Positions 59,991-64,000 of a DNA stretch of 64,000 bases are shown piece after piece. The DNA comes from Bacteroidia bacterium. Lineage in GTDB: Bacteria > Bacteroidota > Bacteroidia > M30B66. The DNA is taken from assembly GCA_046302715.1 (NCBI GenBank), contig JBKCHQ010000254.1, positions 20 to 64,019 on the forward strand, in the 5' to 3' direction. How positions within the stretch are numbered: the first letter of the stretch is position 1; each line of letters opens with the position of its first letter. The translations under genes were made by a program, and so were the position numbers. Below the pieces are notes generated by a model, which was given only the letters and a program-made list of their open reading frames with translations, did not search any database and was not told where the DNA came from.

Positions 59991-61511
59991 TTGAAGAAAA
60001 TGGGACTTAAGGCACTACTTTCAAAACCCATCGCAGCTATTGTGGCGGCCCAGACGCAATCGTGGAGCTTGAGTCCCGAAAAAACCCAAAAGCGTGTTTT
60101 TGAGCAGTTAATAAAAAAAGCAGCACACACACTGTTTGGAAGGGAGCATGATTTTAAAGGCATTACTTCCTATAACGACTTTCAACAGCGTGTTCCTTTG
60201 CGCGATTATGAAGGCTTTAGACCCTACATTGATCGAATAGCCAAAGGCGAAAACGATGTGCTTTGGCCGGGAAGACCAATTTATTTCTGTAAAACGTCGG
60301 GCACTACTTCGGGCGTTAAGTATATACCCATTACTGCCGATTCAATTCACAACCATATTGGCTCGGCCCGAAATGCGCTACTTACCTACATTCACGAAAC
60401 GGGCAAGGCCTCGTTTTTAGATGGAAACCTGATTTTTTTATCGGGAAGCCCTGTTTTAGGCGATTTGGGCGGTGTGCCGCTCGGTAGGCTAAGCGGAATT
60501 GTAAACCACCACGTTCCGAGTTATTTACGACGCAATCAGATGCCAAGCTATCCTACAAATTGCATCGAAGATTGGGAAGAAAAGGTGCAGAAAATAGCAG
60601 AAGAAACCCTGCATAAACCCATGACGCTTATTAGTGGCATACCGTCTTGGGTGCAGATGTATTTTGAAGTGCTTCAGCAGAAATGTGATGGCAAAACAAT
60701 CAAGGAAATTTTTCCGCAGTTTTCGCTGTTTGTTTACGGCGGGGTTAATTACGAACCGTATAGGGCACGATTTGAGAAATTAATTGGCAAACCGATTGAT
60801 TCTTTGGAGCTTTTTCCGGCTTCGGAAGGTTTTTTTGCCTATCAAGACAAACAACCATCGGAGGGCTTGCTTCTGCTTTTAAACACCGGCATTTTTTATG
60901 AATTTGTGCCGCTGGACGAATTGGAAAAAGCACACCCGAGACGCCTTACCATTGACGAGGTTGAGTTGGGCGTAAACTATGCGCTTATTGTAAGCACAAA
61001 CGCGGGTTTATGGTCATATAATATTGGCGACACCGTTAAGTTTGTTAGTAAATATCCCCACCGTATTATTGTAAGTGGAAGAGTAAAACACTTTATATCG
61101 GCATTTGGCGAGCATGTTATTGCCGAGGAGGTGGAGCAAGCCTTAAAGGAGGCCGTGTTTGGCGATGTAGCCGAGATGGTTGAATTTACCGTAGCGCCCT
61201 GTGTAGATCCGAGCAGCGGCTTGCCCTATCACGAATGGTTTGTGGAGTTTAACAAGATGCCTTCAAATCCTGACGCTTTCAGACTTAAAGTGGATAAGGC
61301 GTTGCAACAGAAAAACATTTATTACAAGGACTTAATACAAGGAAACGTTTTGCGCCCGCTGGTTTTGCGATGTTTATCAAAAGATGCCTTTGTACATTAC
61401 ATGAAGAAGGAAGGCAAGCTAGGAGGGCAAAACAAGGTGCCGCGTTTAAGTAACGATCGGAAACTTGCAGACGGACTAAACGAATTTGTAATCGATAGCT
61501 ATGGCGCATAA
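59991..61511 (+). CDS. GH3-family (plant auxin/jasmonate amido-synthetase-like) adenylate-forming enzyme
   Basis: 506 aa. ANL/GH3 motif I (…FCKTSGTTSGVKYIPIT…). …YNIGDTVKF… (GH3 'YRxGD' motif). C-terminal domain. Confidence 0.8.
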   Translation: MKKMGLKALLSKPIAAIVAAQTQSWSLSPEKTQKRVFEQLIKKAAHTLFGREHDFKGITSYNDFQQRVPLRDYEGFRPYIDRIAKGENDVLWPGRPIYFCKTSGTTSGVKYIPITADSIHNHIGSARNALLTYIHETGKASFLDGNLIFLSGSPVLGDLGGVPLGRLSGIVNHHVPSYLRRNQMPSYPTNCIEDWEEKVQKIAEETLHKPMTLISGIPSWVQMYFEVLQQKCDGKTIKEIFPQFSLFVYGGVNYEPYRARFEKLIGKPIDSLELFPASEGFFAYQDKQPSEGLLLLLNTGIFYEFVPLDELEKAHPRRLTIDEVELGVNYALIVSTNAGLWSYNIGDTVKFVSKYPHRIIVSGRVKHFISAFGEHVIAEEVEQALKEAVFGDVAEMVEFTVAPCVDPSSGLPYHEWFVEFNKMPSNPDAFRLKVDKALQQKNIYYKDLIQGNVLRPLVLRCLSKDAFVHYMKKEGKLGGQNKVPRLSNDRKLADGLNEFVIDSYGA

Positions 61512-61561
61512 TTCTATATAGAATTTCGTTATACATAAAACATCATTAAGAAATTGAACCG

Positions 61562-61957
61562 ATGAAAAAGCTGTTTTTTATTTTTACGCTATTGGCGTTT
61601 GTTTCCTGTGCCGACGAAGACCCCATTGAGCCCGACACCGACCCTCGTGATAAGTTTTTAGGGCAGTGGAATGTTTTGGAGGAAGAGCAAGGCGTTGGAA
61701 CGCTTAATTATACGGCTACTGTTGTGAATGATAGCGGTAACACTAGCCGTATACAAATTAATAATATCTACAATTTAGGTTCTGGTGTTAGTGTTAAGGC
61801 ACTTGTGGCGGGCAATTCACTATCCATAAGCACTCAAGACGCCGACGGCATCACCATTAGTGGTTCAGGCACATTTTCTACCAACAGCTTTATATTGAAT
61901 TATACCGCCGATGAAGGAGATCAAGTTCACACCATAAAAGCCACCTATACCCGCTAA
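61562..61957 (+). CDS. Hypothetical lipoprotein
   Basis: 131 aa. Signal peptide with lipobox (…LLAFVSCADEDP). Beta-rich. No recognisable motif. Confidence 0.4.
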   Translation: MKKLFFIFTLLAFVSCADEDPIEPDTDPRDKFLGQWNVLEEEQGVGTLNYTATVVNDSGNTSRIQINNIYNLGSGVSVKALVAGNSLSISTQDADGITISGSGTFSTNSFILNYTADEGDQVHTIKATYTR

Positions 61958-61972
61958 TAATATAGGATTTCG

Positions 61973-64000
61973 TTAATCAAACGAAACAATTTTAATCTCG
62001 GTGCGGCGGTTTTCCTGATGCTGTGCCTCGGTGCATTTTACGCCATTTCCGCAGTTGTTTTTTAACTGGGTTTCACCATAGCCTTTGCCGCTGATGCGCG
62101 AGGCATCTATTCCTTTTGAAACGATATATTCGGCAGCAGCAGCAGCGCGACCTTCGGAAAGCTTCATGTTTCTTTCGTCGGTATCGCGTGAATCGGTATG
62201 AGAGCCAAGTTCAATAATCATTTGTGGATTTTCGGTCATTACCTGAACTACGTAATCTAAAACCTTGGCAGCATCTTTACGAATTAAGGTTTTGTTGAGG
62301 TCGTAGTAAATCCCTTCAAGAGCAATGATGCCGCCCTCCGAAAGCTTTAGTAATTTCAGCGTTTTAAGAACAGATTTGTCTCCTTTAGGAACATTGAACT
62401 TTTCTTTGCTCCTGGAGGTAGAAAAATAACCCACGCAATTTGTTTCCAACGATACCCCCACTCCTTCTTTGGTGATGGTTTCTATTTCTCCGTAAGCATC
62501 GGCAATAAGCGACCGCGGTGCTTTTTCGCCTGTTATCCAAACGTTAACGCGCGCATTTGGCACAGGAACGCCATTTTGTTCGTCAACAATGTTAATGCGT
62601 AAAATAACTCCCTTGGGTGGCGCTATTCCTGTGCCAAGTCGCACAGCAATATCCGGTTCGTTTAATGAACATGGAGCTTTAAGTTTTTTACTTACCAACG
62701 GCATGTCTTTTTTCTCGGCGGCAATCTCATATTCCTCGCAGGGCATTAGATTAAATCGAACAAAGCCGCCAGTATCACTCAACAATTCAATAGGCGCTGT
62801 AGCTGGATTGCTAAGATTTGTTAAACGAACCTTAGCGCCCTCAATATTTTTTTGATTGTACATATCGTACACCTTAACGTATGCTTTGGGCTTGCGTATA
62901 GCTACCTGGTAGTCTCTCGAATCTTTAGGTTTACATGCGGTTTCTTGCTGTTTTTCGTGTTCGGGATAACCGTCGGCCCGTGTTTTAAAGGTGTAATTTT
63001 TACAGGGGTTAAGCCAGATTTCGCCGGTTCCCGACGCATCGGTTTTAATTTTTGCTTTGGTTTTGCCGTTAAGCAATATCTCGATCTCTGCATTTGCCAC
63101 CGGACTAAGTTCGTCGCGATCGCGGACGGTTATGCTTGCCGGAATGGGGCGGTAGGTAAAGCGATATACATGGTCTGAAAAGTCTTCGCTATTGCGGTTT
63201 GAAGAGAAAAAACCTCGTCGGCCATTAGGAAAAATGAAAACACCAAAATCGTCTGATGGGCTATTCAGCGGAGAACCGGCATTTTCAAGGTTTCCCCAAG
63301 TATTTTCTTCACGCACAGATTTGTAGAGGTCAAGTCCGCCTAATCCTCCCCATCCGTTTGATGAAAAAAACAAAGTTGTACCATCAAGTAAAAAAGGAAA
63401 CATCTCATTTCCAGCGCTGTTAATTTGAGGGCCAAGATTTTGAGGTTTTGACCAAGTACCACCCGATAATGAGCTTAGATAAAGATCGGTGCCGCCAAAA
63501 CCGCCCGGCATGTCTGAAACAAATATCAGCGTTTTTCCATCAGGGCTAAATACGGGATGGCCAACCGAATATTCGGCATTGTTATGCTCGAAAGGAACGA
63601 TGGTTGATTTTCCGTGCTCATTTTTTCGGCTGAAGAAAATATTCAGTTTGTTTATCCTGTTTTTGCTGCGTGTTATGCGTCCTTTGTAATAGGCATTTCG
63701 GGTAAAAGCGAGCTCGTTATTGCTTGTATTCCAACTGGCAGGGCCTTCGTGGTATTTGGTATTTACGGCACCGGAAAGCGGCGTTGCGGTGGTTGGGGTT
63801 GAGTCGTTGGCCATTTCTATTTCCCACAGATCAAACCATCTTTTCTTGTTCCATAAATCTTTCGATTTAGCGTGTTTAGATGAAAGGCCGTTTGAAACAA
63901 GGATCATCTTTGTTTTTCCTCCTTCAGAAATTACTAGCGGGCTAAAATCTGAACCAATAGAGCTGAGCGGCAATCGTTCTACCCTATACGCCTCCGATTC
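61973..64000 (-). CDS. OmpA-family outer-membrane/periplasmic protein with TolB-like PD40 beta-propeller repeats and CarboxypepD_reg-like domains (5'-partial; continues beyond window end)
   Basis: C-terminal OmpA domain (…NRRTEIKIVSFD). Several PD40-like repeats (…SPDGKTLIFVS…, …GGLDLY…). The reading frame is open from 63973 to the window edge with no signal peptide yet, so the true N-terminus lies outside the window. Confidence 0.75.
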   Translation of the reverse strand, partial: ESEAYRVERLPLSSIGSDFSPLVISEGGKTKMILVSNGLSSKHAKSKDLWNKKRWFDLWEIEMANDSTPTTATPLSGAVNTKYHEGPASWNTSNNELAFTRNAYYKGRITRSKNRINKLNIFFSRKNEHGKSTIVPFEHNNAEYSVGHPVFSPDGKTLIFVSDMPGGFGGTDLYLSSLSGGTWSKPQNLGPQINSAGNEMFPFLLDGTTLFFSSNGWGGLGGLDLYKSVREENTWGNLENAGSPLNSPSDDFGVFIFPNGRRGFFSSNRNSEDFSDHVYRFTYRPIPASITVRDRDELSPVANAEIEILLNGKTKAKIKTDASGTGEIWLNPCKNYTFKTRADGYPEHEKQQETACKPKDSRDYQVAIRKPKAYVKVYDMYNQKNIEGAKVRLTNLSNPATAPIELLSDTGGFVRFNLMPCEEYEIAAEKKDMPLVSKKLKAPCSLNEPDIAVRLGTGIAPPKGVILRINIVDEQNGVPVPNARVNVWITGEKAPRSLIADAYGEIETITKEGVGVSLETNCVGYFSTSRSKEKFNVPKGDKSVLKTLKLLKLSEGGIIALEGIYYDLNKTLIRKDAAKVLDYVVQVMTENPQMIIELGSHTDSRDTDERNMKLSEGRAAAAAEYIVSKGIDASRISGKGYGETQLKNNCGNGVKCTEAQHQENRRTEIKIVSFD

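Overview
The window is a compact stretch of Bacteroidetes chromosome backbone (Flavobacteriia/Cytophagia-like gene content), with about 55 protein-coding genes and very little intergenic DNA. I found no rRNA or tRNA genes, CRISPR array, transposase, integrase or other mobile-element signature. Recognisable genes include nadE, dprA, an ABC-F ATPase, the groES-groEL-secG-lptE-sigma54 activator-miaB block, topA, the type IX secretion/gliding core porP-gldK-gldL-gldM-gldN, mannose-1-P guanylyltransferase, an operon nadA-M16 peptidase-MORN repeat protein-NlpC/P60, rpiB, a giant membrane-anchored coiled-coil protein followed by an RsbW-like ATPase, ybeY, mnmG, a zinc-ribbon SAM methyltransferase, Dps, kbl, a LuxR/TPR-histidine-kinase two-component pair, korAB (2-oxoacid:ferredoxin oxidoreductase), gldH-PSP1(RicT-like)-holB, an M23 peptidase, a GH3-family adenylating enzyme and a 5'-truncated OmpA/PD40 protein. 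Most notable observations: (1) an 804-aa T9SS-secreted protein whose core is a lysyl-oxidase catalytic domain with the Cu-binding His triad and both lysyl-tyrosylquinone (LTQ) cofactor precursor residues conserved, plus dockerin-like Ca-binding repeats; (2) a near-identical 20-bp palindrome-containing motif (AATGTTyCACGTGAAACyTA) placed immediately before the start codons of both mnmG and the downstream methyltransferase; (3) a TonB-dependent receptor split by a single-base loss in a homopolymer run; (4) a conserved but uncharacterised about 1100-aa TM/coiled-coil/Q-rich protein paired with an anti-sigma-factor-like ATPase; (5) an unusually long (456 bp) AT-rich divergent promoter region between nadA and rpiB. 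All calls rest on reading the ORF translations and sequence by eye; no database searches were run.
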